From Rickettsiales bacterium (GTDB lineage Bacteria; Pseudomonadota; Alphaproteobacteria; Rickettsiales; UBA998), in the NCBI GenBank assembly GCA_024304995.1, contig JAMWZD010000001.1, forward strand, positions 129,472-193,471: a stretch of 64,000 nt of DNA, given 5' to 3'. Under the pieces are notes generated by a model. It had not been told where the DNA came from, did no database searches, and worked only from the letters and a program-made list of their open reading frames with translations. The translations under genes were made by a program, and so were the position numbers. The number at the start of each line of letters is the position of its first letter. The first letter of the stretch is position 1. Shown piece after piece: positions 40,556 through 49,641 of the stretch.

Positions 40556-41291
40556 ACAGGAAACGCTGGTCTCACATCTGGTGGAACTGCGCACGCGGCT
40601 GCTGGTGAGTGTGGTCGCATGGTTGCTTTGTGCGGGCGCGGTGTACGCATTCATGCCACAAATTCTGGCGTTTCTCACGCAACCTCTGGCAGATGCATAT
40701 GAAGGTACAGAGCAAAAACGCCTCATTTTCACCAGCCTGCCCGAAGCCTTCACGACCTATCTCAGCACGTCCATGTTTGTTGGCTTCCTCGCTGCGTTCC
40801 CCATCATTTCCGCGCAGCTATATCGGTTTTTAGCCCCTGGTTTATACGCTAATGAAAAACGCGCCATGCTGCCCTTCATCATCGCTGCGCCGCTCTTGTT
40901 TTATGCTGGCGCAGCACTTGCTTATTTCTTCATTTTCCCGCTCGCATGGAAATTCTTTGTCAGCTTTGAAATCAACACGCTGGGCATGAGCGGCATGGCA
41001 GTGGAACTGGAAGCCAAAATCAGCGAATATCTGGCGCTCATCCGCGCCATCGTTCTTGCTTTTGGCCTGGCGTTTCAATTGCCGTTGGCACTCACTTTAC
41101 TGGTCAAGGCGGGGCTGCTTTCCGTGGACACCCTGAAGAAAGGCAGGCGTTACGCCATCATCATCATGCTAACGGCTGCTGCTATCCTCACCCCACCAGA
41201 TATTATTTCGCAAATCGGGTTGTTCGGTGCGCTCTATCTGCTCTATGAATGTGCGATTATTGCATCTGGTTTTGTTGCAAAGTCGAAATAA
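40539..41291 (+). CDS. tatC: Twin-arginine translocase subunit TatC
   Basis: 'LVSHLVELRTRLL', six TM helices, and 'TPPDIISQ'. The start was chosen at the internal ATG at 40539. Confidence 0.9.
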   Translation: MSEPLKQETLVSHLVELRTRLLVSVVAWLLCAGAVYAFMPQILAFLTQPLADAYEGTEQKRLIFTSLPEAFTTYLSTSMFVGFLAAFPIISAQLYRFLAPGLYANEKRAMLPFIIAAPLLFYAGAALAYFFIFPLAWKFFVSFEINTLGMSGMAVELEAKISEYLALIRAIVLAFGLAFQLPLALTLLVKAGLLSVDTLKKGRRYAIIIMLTAAAILTPPDIISQIGLFGALYLLYECAIIASGFVAKSK

Positions 41292-41373
41292 GATTGCTTT
41301 TTTAATCAGCATCGTTTAGTTTCACCCTTCACATTACTTACTGCACTTTGTCAAAAAGTGACTACCTATTATC

Positions 41374-41670
41374 ATGATCTATATTGCAAATTATATTGCT
41401 GCATCTAGCGCAGATGAAATGGATATTTACTGTTCTTACGCAACGCAAGGCACTTTTCCAAAAGGAGAATGCATAGCGCTCAAAGAAGAACATTTAAAAC
41501 AGATTGATGTCTATTGCATGGAGTCGTCAGGAGATAATGATACGGAATATGCGCATTGCAGCATTAAAATTCACACTCGCTGGGGGACAGATGTAGTGTT
41601 AATAGACAGAAATCTGGCACAATCTATTACAACTTCACGATTTTTGCACCTTTCTGCAAACATTGAATAA
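41374..41670 (+). CDS. Hypothetical protein
   Basis: 98-aa ORF with no recognisable motif, followed by a terminator hairpin. Confidence 0.3.
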   Translation: MIYIANYIAASSADEMDIYCSYATQGTFPKGECIALKEEHLKQIDVYCMESSGDNDTEYAHCSIKIHTRWGTDVVLIDRNLAQSITTSRFLHLSANIE

Positions 41671-41678
41671 TCACTTTT

Positions 41679-41705
41679 AAGACGCATTATGCGTCTTTTC
41701 TTTTA
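41679..41705. terminator. Rho-independent terminator (between convergent genes)
   Basis: 8-bp stem 'aagacgca-tta-tgcgtctt' followed by 'ttctttt'. Confidence 0.55.
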
Positions 41706-41966
41706 GCTCGACATGGAATAATACAGCAGCATATCGCTATCACGCTGCCGTTCCATACGTTCCACTTCTGCTTCTTCCACTTTGTTTTCTGGAATATATT
41801 TTCGGCTGAATGCAGTGCCCAGCCCACCCATTGCTGCGCCAATAAGCGCCCCTTTTGCAGGGCTTGCATGTTCATCATCTGACAAGGCAAAGATCGCAGT
41901 TCCAATGGCTGCGCCTGCGCATGTTGCAAAAGCTATTGTTGCTGGAGTTGCACGTTCAATTTTCAT
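41703..41966 (-). CDS. Small glycine-zipper membrane protein
   Basis: 'CAGAAIGTAIFA' and 'GALIGAAMGGLGTAF' are Gly-zipper-like segments. Confidence 0.45.
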   Translation of the reverse strand: MKIERATPATIAFATCAGAAIGTAIFALSDDEHASPAKGALIGAAMGGLGTAFSRKYIPENKVEEAEVERMERQRDSDMLLYYSMSS

Positions 41967-42006
41967 TTCAAAACATTATCATAAAATAACTAGTTATAAA
42001 ACTGAA

Positions 42007-43536
42007 TTAATCTGCTTTTCGCCGTACATACACATATAGCAGCAGCAGGAAGCACATGCCCAACACAGGCTGCACCCCATAACGCGCAAACCAAGTCTTT
42101 TCCGCAGCTGCTTTCGGCAAACGCGTGTCAATCACCCCTTGCTCATTTAATGGCAAACGCTCCAGCACGCGACCATATGCATCTATCACCGCGCTCACAC
42201 CACTATTCGCCACACGCAGCATGGCAGCCCCCTGCTCCACCGCTCTCATACGGCTCATTTCAAAATGTTGATATGGTGCAGTGCTCGTGCCGAACCATGC
42301 ATCATTAGTGATGTTGAGCAGCCATGCAGGATGTGCGCCCTTGCTTAAATGCGGAAAAATCGCTTCGTAACAAATGAGCGGGCGCACAGGTGGCAGTCCT
42401 GCAATCTTCACCGCATCATTATTTCGACCCATTGAAAAATCCAGCGCGCCATGCGTAATCTTTTCCACAGGCAAAATGCCACGAAACGGGATATATTCTC
42501 CGAACGGCACAAGTTTGCGCTTGTCATATGTAGCAACAATCCTGCCCTCGGGGGACACTGCTTTCAGACTATTATATAATATGGGCTGGTCTGTATCTGT
42601 TGCAGGGCGAATAACGCGAATTGCGCCCGTAATTAATGCCCCCCCCTTGGGTGCAAATTTCCCCAGTTCATCTGCCCAGAAGTCCCCTTCTTCAAAGGGG
42701 TGCGTCATCGCCGTTTCAGACCAGATGATATGTGTAATATCCTCACCCAGATCAAAACGTGAAAGGTCAATATGCGTTTTGATGGCATTATAACGCTCTT
42801 GCGGATCCCATTTCAGGCTTTGTTTAATGTTGGGCTGCACGAGACGCAGTTTCACCGTATCAACATATTCTGTATTATGGTGGTGCAACCTGTTCTCGCC
42901 ATATGTGAATAATGCCGATATGGATGCCACGATAAGCATTGTAAACATATAGGGTTTTCGCTGCCCCATAAACCAGCAGGGAGCGGAGCCAAGCAAAATA
43001 ATAAACAAACTTCCGCCCCATACGCCACCTAATGAGGCAATCTGCAATAATATATCGCTGGCAGCGAGGCTATATCCTGCCAGATTCCATGGAAAGCCCG
43101 AAAGCAGCATAGAACGCAGCCCTTCCATTGCCAGCCAGCCCACAGCAAACAGGCAAGAGAATGATGCATATGGCAAGGTGCGAAAGCTGAATAATAGTCG
43201 GTGCAATATCGCATGATATAGTGCCAGCACCGCCCCGATCCCGCCAATGGCGAAAGGAATCAGCCAGCCAAAACGCGCCGCATCCACCAGCAATGCATGT
43301 GCAAACCAGTAAAGCCCTGCGCAGAAATATCCCATACCAAACCAGAAACCATAAAACGCGGCGCGGCGTGCGGTGGGCGCATGTTTTAGCGAAATAATGC
43401 ATATGGGAATAGTACATAACCAGATGGGCAACACATAAAATGGCGCAAAGCCCAGCGTGCTTAATGCTCCCGCGAGAAACAATATCAGATATTGTCTCCA
43501 AGTCGTGAGGGATTGAAATTTTTGTAGCACATTCAT
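42007..43536 (-). CDS. lnt: Apolipoprotein N-acyltransferase
   Basis: Polytopic N-terminal half plus a CN-hydrolase domain ('LICYEAIFP', 'LNITNDAWFG'). It is the last gene of the phoH-ybeY-corC-lnt cluster. Confidence 0.9.
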   Translation of the reverse strand: MNVLQKFQSLTTWRQYLILFLAGALSTLGFAPFYVLPIWLCTIPICIISLKHAPTARRAAFYGFWFGMGYFCAGLYWFAHALLVDAARFGWLIPFAIGGIGAVLALYHAILHRLLFSFRTLPYASFSCLFAVGWLAMEGLRSMLLSGFPWNLAGYSLAASDILLQIASLGGVWGGSLFIILLGSAPCWFMGQRKPYMFTMLIVASISALFTYGENRLHHHNTEYVDTVKLRLVQPNIKQSLKWDPQERYNAIKTHIDLSRFDLGEDITHIIWSETAMTHPFEEGDFWADELGKFAPKGGALITGAIRVIRPATDTDQPILYNSLKAVSPEGRIVATYDKRKLVPFGEYIPFRGILPVEKITHGALDFSMGRNNDAVKIAGLPPVRPLICYEAIFPHLSKGAHPAWLLNITNDAWFGTSTAPYQHFEMSRMRAVEQGAAMLRVANSGVSAVIDAYGRVLERLPLNEQGVIDTRLPKAAAEKTWFARYGVQPVLGMCFLLLLYVYVRRKAD

Positions 43537-43543
43537 GCGCTTG

Positions 43544-44461
43544 TTATGACGCGTTTGCCACCTTTTGCAAAGCAGTAATCGGAGTAAAATTTAAATTCAT
43601 CTGCACACGGCGAATGCGGCGCGGGTCTGCGTCAATAATGCGCAGTTGCCCCAGCCCATCCACATGGATCAATTCCCCTGTGAGCGGCACACGATGCAAC
43701 AGTCCAAAGATGAACCCGCCAAGCGTGTCATAATCCGCATCTTCGCAATATTCGCGCAGATCCAGCCCTGTTTCTTCATAGATGGCTTCCACTTTCAGTC
43801 GCGCATCCATCAAAAAGCGGTTGCTGGCAATGCGGCGCACTTCCAGTTCGGGGTCATCAAAATCATGTTCATCCTGAATTTCGCCGACCAAAGCTTCAAA
43901 GATGTCTTCCAGCGTCACCAGACCATCTGTTCCGCCATATTCATCCACAATGATTGCCATATGCGAGCCTTCTTCGCGCATTTTCACCAGCAGATCGATC
44001 AGCTTCATGGAGGGCGCAATGAACATCACTTCTCGCACCAGCTCATCCATATCAAACGGCACATCTCCTGCAAGCACTGGCACAAGGTCTTTCAGATGGA
44101 TAAAGCCTTTCAGCGTGTCCAGCTCTTCATCATAAACAGGCATACGCGTATGCTGCTTATCTGTAATCATCTGTTTTAGTTCGGTTAGCGTAATATGATG
44201 ATCCACCGCAACAATATTGCTGCGAGGCACCATAATATCATGAACGGTGAGTTCACCCACGCTGAGCATATTGCGGAGGATAGTGCGCTCGTCATTTGAC
44301 ATTTCTTCGTCTTCATCACTGCGCTCGATCGCTTCTTCCAGCGCTTCCTTCAGCGTGGAATCAGGCACTTTTCTGGCGAGGTTATTTGCAAACCAGCTGC
44401 TTATCTGTGTCCATATGCCTGGTTGATCTGGTTCGTCTTTTTCTTCGGCTGTACTGTTCAT
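43544..44461 (-). CDS. corC: CBS-pair/CorC_HlyC domain protein (CorC/YbeX-like)
   Basis: A CBS pair ('VHDIMVPRSNIVAV', 'MAIIVDEYGGTDGLVTLEDI') and a C-terminal transporter-associated domain. Confidence 0.9.
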   Translation of the reverse strand: MNSTAEEKDEPDQPGIWTQISSWFANNLARKVPDSTLKEALEEAIERSDEDEEMSNDERTILRNMLSVGELTVHDIMVPRSNIVAVDHHITLTELKQMITDKQHTRMPVYDEELDTLKGFIHLKDLVPVLAGDVPFDMDELVREVMFIAPSMKLIDLLVKMREEGSHMAIIVDEYGGTDGLVTLEDIFEALVGEIQDEHDFDDPELEVRRIASNRFLMDARLKVEAIYEETGLDLREYCEDADYDTLGGFIFGLLHRVPLTGELIHVDGLGQLRIIDADPRRIRRVQMNLNFTPITALQKVANAS

Positions 44462-44976
44462 ATAGTTACGCTTAGTTTCGTCTGATATGGGTCTGCAATG
44501 CTGTATAATTCTAACAGATCCCTCTCCTGTTGTTCCATAATGTCTGCTTCTTCATCATACATATGGTCATATCCCAGTAAATGCAATATGCCATGAATCA
44601 ACATATGGGTGGTATGATCATAAAATGTTTTCTCCTGCTCTTCAGCTTCTGCAGCAATCACATCATAAGCAATGATAATATCACCAATAATATGCGGTTG
44701 CCCTTCAGGAACAATAGCATCTGCCACCGCAGGAAATGATAATACATTAGTGGCATAATCCTTATGTCTGAAACGGTGGTTCAGTTCGCGGATTTCTTTT
44801 CCATCAGTAAATAATACGGCAACCTGATGCGGCACATCCTGAGGGTAAGTATCTGTAATATGACGATGTGCAGCAAGCACGCGATTAACCACATCTTCTG
44901 TATGATGCTTCAGGTCATTTATTTTTGAATGCCAGCGTGCATCATGCACTGCAATGGTTATATCACTATTGCTCAT
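44458..44976 (-). CDS. ybeY: rRNA maturation endoribonuclease YbeY
   Basis: Zinc motif 'HGILHLLGYDH'. The likely start is the ATG at 44976, which overlaps the phoH end. The longer ORF-track call is an extension. Confidence 0.9.
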   Translation of the reverse strand: MSNSDITIAVHDARWHSKINDLKHHTEDVVNRVLAAHRHITDTYPQDVPHQVAVLFTDGKEIRELNHRFRHKDYATNVLSFPAVADAIVPEGQPHIIGDIIIAYDVIAAEAEEQEKTFYDHTTHMLIHGILHLLGYDHMYDEEADIMEQQERDLLELYSIADPYQTKLSVTI

Positions 44977-46048
44977 CGTCCTTCTCGATCTCATCCATAT
45001 CATCAGAAAGTTCAGCCGCACGCGAGCCTTGCATGGATGGGCGCACACCTCTGTCCCAGTCATCATAAGCCTGCACAATTTTTCCAGCCAGTTCATGACG
45101 GACAACATCTGTATCCGAAAATGCCACAACCGAAATGCCGTCAATATGGCTGATTTTACGCACCGAATCCCTCAATCCTGATTTTACGTCTTTGGGCAAA
45201 TCAATCTGTGACATATCACCTGTAATCACCATGCGAGAATTCTCGCCAAGTCGCGTTAAAAACATTTTCATCTGCGTGGATGTGGTGTTTTGCGCTTCAT
45301 CCAGAATGATAAATGCGTTGGAGAGCGTCCGTCCGCGCATAAACGCAAGGGGCGCGACTTCAATTTCCACCTTTTCCATCATCTGATTGACCTTCTCCGC
45401 TGGCAGCATGTCAAATAACGCATCATAGAGCGGGCGCAGAAACGGGTCTATCTTCTCTTTCATATCACCTGGCAAAAAGCCCAGCTTTTCCCCCGCTTCC
45501 ACTGCAGGGCGGGAGAGAATGATCCGTTCCACACGGTGATTCAGGAACATGTAAACTGCCATTGCCACAGCAATATAGGTCTTTCCTGTTCCCGCAGGAC
45601 CAAGTGCAAATGTCAGATCATGGTCATAAAGCGCGCGCATATAATTTGCCTGCATATGCGAATATGGCGCGACTGTTTTTTTCGCTGTTTTAATGTAAAC
45701 ATCGCTCTGAATAGCACGTTTTTCAGCACGTTTCATCTGCTTACGTGGCTCATGCGCATCTTCCACTTCAACAGGGGGAGCCACCCGAACTGCTGCTTCC
45801 ACGTCCTTCGCGGTAATATCCTTTCCGTTTTTAAGCGTTCTGTATAAATCCATCAATATGGCTTCCACCAGCACCACATCCCGCTGCGCTCCTGTCACAG
45901 ACAGCATATTGCCGCGCGGGATTGCTTCCAGATTCAGCAGTTTCTCTAGTGTTTTGAGGTGCGCATCATCATCACCATATAAAGCAGGTAAGACGCTATT
46001 ATCCTCAAAGAAAATATTAGTGGAAAAATGATGCGGTGTTTTAGGCAT
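44966..46048 (-). CDS. phoH: PhoH-like ATPase (YbeZ)
   Basis: Walker A 'GPAGTGKTY', 'IILDEAQN', 'ITGDMSQIDLP'. Confidence 0.9.
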   Translation of the reverse strand: MPKTPHHFSTNIFFEDNSVLPALYGDDDAHLKTLEKLLNLEAIPRGNMLSVTGAQRDVVLVEAILMDLYRTLKNGKDITAKDVEAAVRVAPPVEVEDAHEPRKQMKRAEKRAIQSDVYIKTAKKTVAPYSHMQANYMRALYDHDLTFALGPAGTGKTYIAVAMAVYMFLNHRVERIILSRPAVEAGEKLGFLPGDMKEKIDPFLRPLYDALFDMLPAEKVNQMMEKVEIEVAPLAFMRGRTLSNAFIILDEAQNTTSTQMKMFLTRLGENSRMVITGDMSQIDLPKDVKSGLRDSVRKISHIDGISVVAFSDTDVVRHELAGKIVQAYDDWDRGVRPSMQGSRAAELSDDMDEIEKDDEQ

Positions 46049-46230
46049 AAAAAATCATTGCTATTATTAAACTATAATGAGGAAATATTATGCAACAATC
46101 AATAGAATTACGATTTTATTTCACGCCCAAACCATCGCTTTTGCATAAATAAAATAAATCTGGTGGTATTTCTGCCAAGTTTTCACTTGCGCTTATCCCT
46201 TGAAGGCGATAAAAGAACATCTCTTTTACT

Positions 46231-46307
46231 GGACCCGTAGCTCAACTGGATAGAGTACCTGACTACGAATCAGGCGGTTAGAGGTTCGAATCCTCTCGGG
46301 TCCGCCA
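46231..46307 (+). tRNA. tRNA-Arg (anticodon ACG)
   Basis: Hand-folded cloverleaf: acceptor ggacccg/cgggtcc, D stem gctc/gagt, anticodon stem cctga/tcagg with loop cuACGaa, T arm agagg-ttcgaat-cctct, encoded CCA. Confidence 0.9.
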
Positions 46308-47162
46308 TTTTAGTTGGCTATGATTGCATTTCTTAATTTTCTCTTCAGCACGTTCTGCAAATGCTACTCTATTATAAAATTTCTTATCTGATGGTATGCC
46401 TTCAGGAAAAACTATCATTAATGATGTTTCATATGTTGACTTTAAATACTGATATGCAACTGTGAGTTTTGAGTCGCAGATATTACCTTTGATAATAAAA
46501 ATTTGATTCGCTAAAGCGTTTGTAATTCTTGTGGCTGTTAATCCAAGATAATATGCATATTTCTCGTCATCTAAAAACCTTTTCTCATCTAAAATTCGTT
46601 TGTATAAATCAACAAGATTAAATTTTATGCCAAAGTAATCCGCAACAGACATATTTAACTTCTCAAATCTATATATTAAAAACATATATGACAGATAACT
46701 AGAGTGAAAAACATCATGTTCCAGTTTCTCATTTGTAAGCTGATGCTTTGAAATATTCTTGATAATATCAATAGCTATTTCAATTCTTTGCTCTTTATTG
46801 CTAATATTGATTTTCTGTTTTTTATTCAAATATTCCACGTAAGGCGATACATAATAATTATATTTCCATATATAATATTCGCCATCAGATTCAGGTATAA
46901 CGGAAAGTGCATTTTCCATAGCGTTTCTATGCCAACCATTCATAACCTGATAAATAAAATCTTGGTCATCACCAATTCTAGCAAGCCATACCCCTTGCAA
47001 TACTGCTAGATAATTACTTATGATATATTCATTTTTAGTATCATATGCAGAAGCTTTATCTTCCCACTCATTAACACCTGCACGGTACATAGAATACATA
47101 ACATAGGATAGAACAAGTAATAGGGTAATTACCGCGCGTAATACTATTTTTTTACTACTCAT
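46278..47162 (-). CDS. AT-rich orphan protein with N-terminal TM helix (unknown function)
   Basis: The ATG at 47162 overlaps the last lepA codons, with a GTG alternative at 47165. The ORF runs through visibly AT-rich DNA and only terminates 30 nt inside the convergent tRNA-Arg gene. No motif recognised. Confidence 0.45.
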   Translation of the reverse strand: MSSKKIVLRAVITLLLVLSYVMYSMYRAGVNEWEDKASAYDTKNEYIISNYLAVLQGVWLARIGDDQDFIYQVMNGWHRNAMENALSVIPESDGEYYIWKYNYYVSPYVEYLNKKQKINISNKEQRIEIAIDIIKNISKHQLTNEKLEHDVFHSSYLSYMFLIYRFEKLNMSVADYFGIKFNLVDLYKRILDEKRFLDDEKYAYYLGLTATRITNALANQIFIIKGNICDSKLTVAYQYLKSTYETSLMIVFPEGIPSDKKFYNRVAFAERAEEKIKKCNHSQLKWRTREDSNL

Positions 47163-48405
47163 CACTCATCTTAAGCGCCGCAATAAACGCGCTTTGTGGA
47201 ATATCCACATTGCCGATAGAACGCATTTTTTTCTTTCCCTTCTTCTGTTTTTCCAGCAGCTTTTTCTTGCGGGAAATATCCCCGCCGTAACACTTCGCGG
47301 TTACGTCTTTTCGCATGGCGGAGATGGTTTCTCGTGCGATGATTTTTCCACCAATGGCCGCCTGCACAGGAATTTTGAACAGATGCTGCGGAATGAGGTC
47401 TTTCAGGCGTTTGCACATGGCGCGCCCGCGATAATCTGCCTGAGAGCGATGCACGATAAGTGAGAGCGCATCCACAGGTTCGGCATTGACCAGAATGGAC
47501 AAACGCACCAGATCAGACGCATCATAGCCGTCCATCGTATAATCAAAACTCGCATAGCCGCGCGTGCAGCTTTTCAGACGGTCATAAAAATCAAACACCA
47601 CTTCGTTGAGCGGCAAACGATACACCGCCATTGCCCGACCAGATACGTAAGTCAGATCCACCTGAACACCGCGTTTTTCAGTGCATAAAGATAGCACATT
47701 GCCAAGATATTCGTCAGGAACCATAATCGTGCCTTTAATCCACGGTTCGCGCATTTCAGTGATTTTGGTCACATCTGGCATGTCTGCAGGGTTGTGCAAT
47801 TCTTTAATTGTGCCGTCTGTCATCGTCATTTCATAGACCACGCTTGGCGCAGTGGTGATGAGGTCTACATCATATTCACGTTCCAGCCGCTCCTGAATAA
47901 TCTCTAAATGCAGCAACCCGAGGAAGCCACAACGAAAGCCCATGCCAAGCGCAGAGGAGCTTTCCACTTCATAATGAAAACTTGCATCATTAAGATGCAG
48001 CTTGGCAATACTTTGCTTCAAATGTTCATATTCGCCATTGTCCGTGGGGTAAAGACCACAAAACACCACAGGCTGACTTGGTTTAAAGCCTGGCAACGCC
48101 TTGTCGGCTGGCTTGGCATCATCCGTAATAGTGTCGCCCACATTTGTGTCTGCCACATGCTTGATGCCTGTAGTGATATATCCCACCTCACCTGCTCCAA
48201 GTGATGGCACACGCATTTTTGCTGGCGTAAACACACCCACATCATCCACCACATAGGCAGATTTATTGCTCATCATGCGGATTTTTTGCCCCTTCTTCAC
48301 CTCGCCTGAAAATACGCGAATAAGAATAATCACGCCGAGATACGTGTCGTACCAGCTATCAATCAGAAGGGCTTTTAATGGGAGTTCGTTTGGGTTTTGG
48401 GTCAT
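47155..48405 (-). CDS. lepA: Elongation factor 4 (LepA), C-terminal fragment: domains II-V plus the LepA C-terminal domain
   Basis: It begins '[20 protein letters not shown]' and contains '[23 protein letters not shown]' and '[23 protein letters not shown]', collinear with E. coli LepA from about residue 190 to the end. Confidence 0.9.
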   Translation of the reverse strand: MTQNPNELPLKALLIDSWYDTYLGVIILIRVFSGEVKKGQKIRMMSNKSAYVVDDVGVFTPAKMRVPSLGAGEVGYITTGIKHVADTNVGDTITDDAKPADKALPGFKPSQPVVFCGLYPTDNGEYEHLKQSIAKLHLNDASFHYEVESSSALGMGFRCGFLGLLHLEIIQERLEREYDVDLITTAPSVVYEMTMTDGTIKELHNPADMPDVTKITEMREPWIKGTIMVPDEYLGNVLSLCTEKRGVQVDLTYVSGRAMAVYRLPLNEVVFDFYDRLKSCTRGYASFDYTMDGYDASDLVRLSILVNAEPVDALSLIVHRSQADYRGRAMCKRLKDLIPQHLFKIPVQAAIGGKIIARETISAMRKDVTAKCYGGDISRKKKLLEKQKKGKKKMRSIGNVDIPQSAFIAALKMSDE

Positions 48406-48689
48406 GAGAATAGTTTTAAAATGTGAGTTCGGAAGAATAGCGCGATGATGGCGAGTAATATAGAAATAACTCCACCTTTAATCCAGCTTTTTAGCTCTGC
48501 AATCTTTGTATTTTGTTTTTCAATTTGTGTGTCTTGTGCTGTAATACGATTTTCAAATTTCAATAATGCATTTTCAAGTTCTAATTTGGAGATGAATTGC
48601 TGTTTGGAACGCTGCAGAATTTTTTCATGGGCAACAATTTGCTCTATCGGTACTCCCGCATTGTTCAACAATTCTATATTTTCATCCAT
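48402..48689 (-). CDS. Coiled-coil protein with C-terminal TM anchor (DUF1640-like architecture) inside the lepA-splitting cassette
   Basis: An N-terminal '[19 protein letters not shown]' helix, a heptad-like '[34 protein letters not shown]' stretch, and the hydrophobic tail '[15 protein letters not shown]'. Its TGA overlaps the lepA-C ATG. Confidence 0.55.
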   Translation of the reverse strand: MDENIELLNNAGVPIEQIVAHEKILQRSKQQFISKLELENALLKFENRITAQDTQIEKQNTKIAELKSWIKGGVISILLAIIALFFRTHILKLFS

Positions 48690-48720
48690 GCTTATCTTTT
48701 AGTCAGAAAAGCTAATGAAA

Positions 48721-48966
48721 TCAATGTTGTTGTTTGTGCTGCGCTTTAAGCGTTTTTACCAGATGTGGCTTTTGCGTAATCAAAGCAAAAGCGCGGGCTT
48801 TCTTTTCTTCCAGCCCAGCTTTCCCTAAACGATATATCCAATATTCCTCATCAAAATTCTGCATATCAGCAATATATGCTTTACTCATAGATACAAGAAC
48901 CTCTGCTACGTCTTCAGTAACACCAGTCTGCATCAATTGGGCAATATCTCGTTCATGTGGCTGCAT
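48721..48966 (-). CDS. Small helical protein (unknown function), first gene of the lepA-splitting cassette
   Basis: 81-aa ORF on the same strand as lepA. It contains 'LMQTGVTEDVAEVLVS', a motif related to the start of the next ORF. Repeats and a palindrome lie just upstream. Confidence 0.45.
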   Translation of the reverse strand: MQPHERDIAQLMQTGVTEDVAEVLVSMSKAYIADMQNFDEEYWIYRLGKAGLEEKKARAFALITQKPHLVKTLKAQHKQQH

Positions 48967-49029
48967 AACATTTATTATATGTTATTCATAACATAAACAG
49001 CAAGTTACAATTTTGGTATTTATACCAAT

Positions 49030-49599
49030 TTACAACACCCGAGGCGGCGGCAAGCGTGTTACCACGGCTTCCAATACATCTACAATACCAATGCCTGTTT
49101 TCGCAGAAATCAGGATAGCGTCAGATGCGTCCAGCCCTATCACTTCTTCAATTTGTTGTTTAATGCGTTCTGGCTCTGCGGCGGGCAGGTCAATCTTGTT
49201 TAGTACGGGAACGATCTCGTGGTCAGCCTCAATCGCCTGATACACATTCGCCAGCGTCTGCGCTTCCACCCCTTGTGATGCATCCACCACCAGCAAAGAT
49301 CCCTCACATGCTGCCAGACAGCGGCTCACCTCATAGGCAAAATCCACATGCCCTGGTGTGTCCATCAGGTTCAGAATATAGGTTTCACCATCTTTTGCCT
49401 TGTAATTTAGTCGTACGGTTTGTGATTTAATGGTAATGCCACGCTCGCGCTCAATATCCATACTATCCAGCAGCTGTTCATGCATATCCCTGTCTGATAC
49501 GGCTTCACAATGCTGAATCAGCCTGTCTGCCAGAGTGGATTTGCCGTGGTCAATATGGGCTACGATGGAAAAATTGCGAATTTTGGATAAATCTGTCAT
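49030..49599 (-). CDS. lepA: Elongation factor 4 (LepA), N-terminal GTPase-domain fragment
   Basis: '[15 protein letters not shown]', 'DTPGHVDF', 'NKIDL', 'SAKTG'. It ends '...RLPPPRVL*' where the intact protein continues into domain II. Confidence 0.9.
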   Translation of the reverse strand: MTDLSKIRNFSIVAHIDHGKSTLADRLIQHCEAVSDRDMHEQLLDSMDIERERGITIKSQTVRLNYKAKDGETYILNLMDTPGHVDFAYEVSRCLAACEGSLLVVDASQGVEAQTLANVYQAIEADHEIVPVLNKIDLPAAEPERIKQQIEEVIGLDASDAILISAKTGIGIVDVLEAVVTRLPPPRVL

Positions 49600-49641
49600 G
49601 TTGCTCTATGTAATGCATTTACGTAAAAGCGCAAGAAATTC

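Noticed and set aside
48406-49029. The lepA interruption interpreted as an intein, a group II intron or an insertion sequence
   Set aside because: An intein is excluded because the insert is not in-frame: there is a stop after '...PPPRVL' and no Hint-type block. It is too short and lacks a reverse-transcriptase ORF for a group II intron. No transposase or terminal inverted repeats fit an IS. A group I intron cannot be excluded by eye, since exon 1 would end in U and the insert in G with an in-frame junction. However, the ORFs do not resemble homing endonucleases and I could not identify a conserved core.
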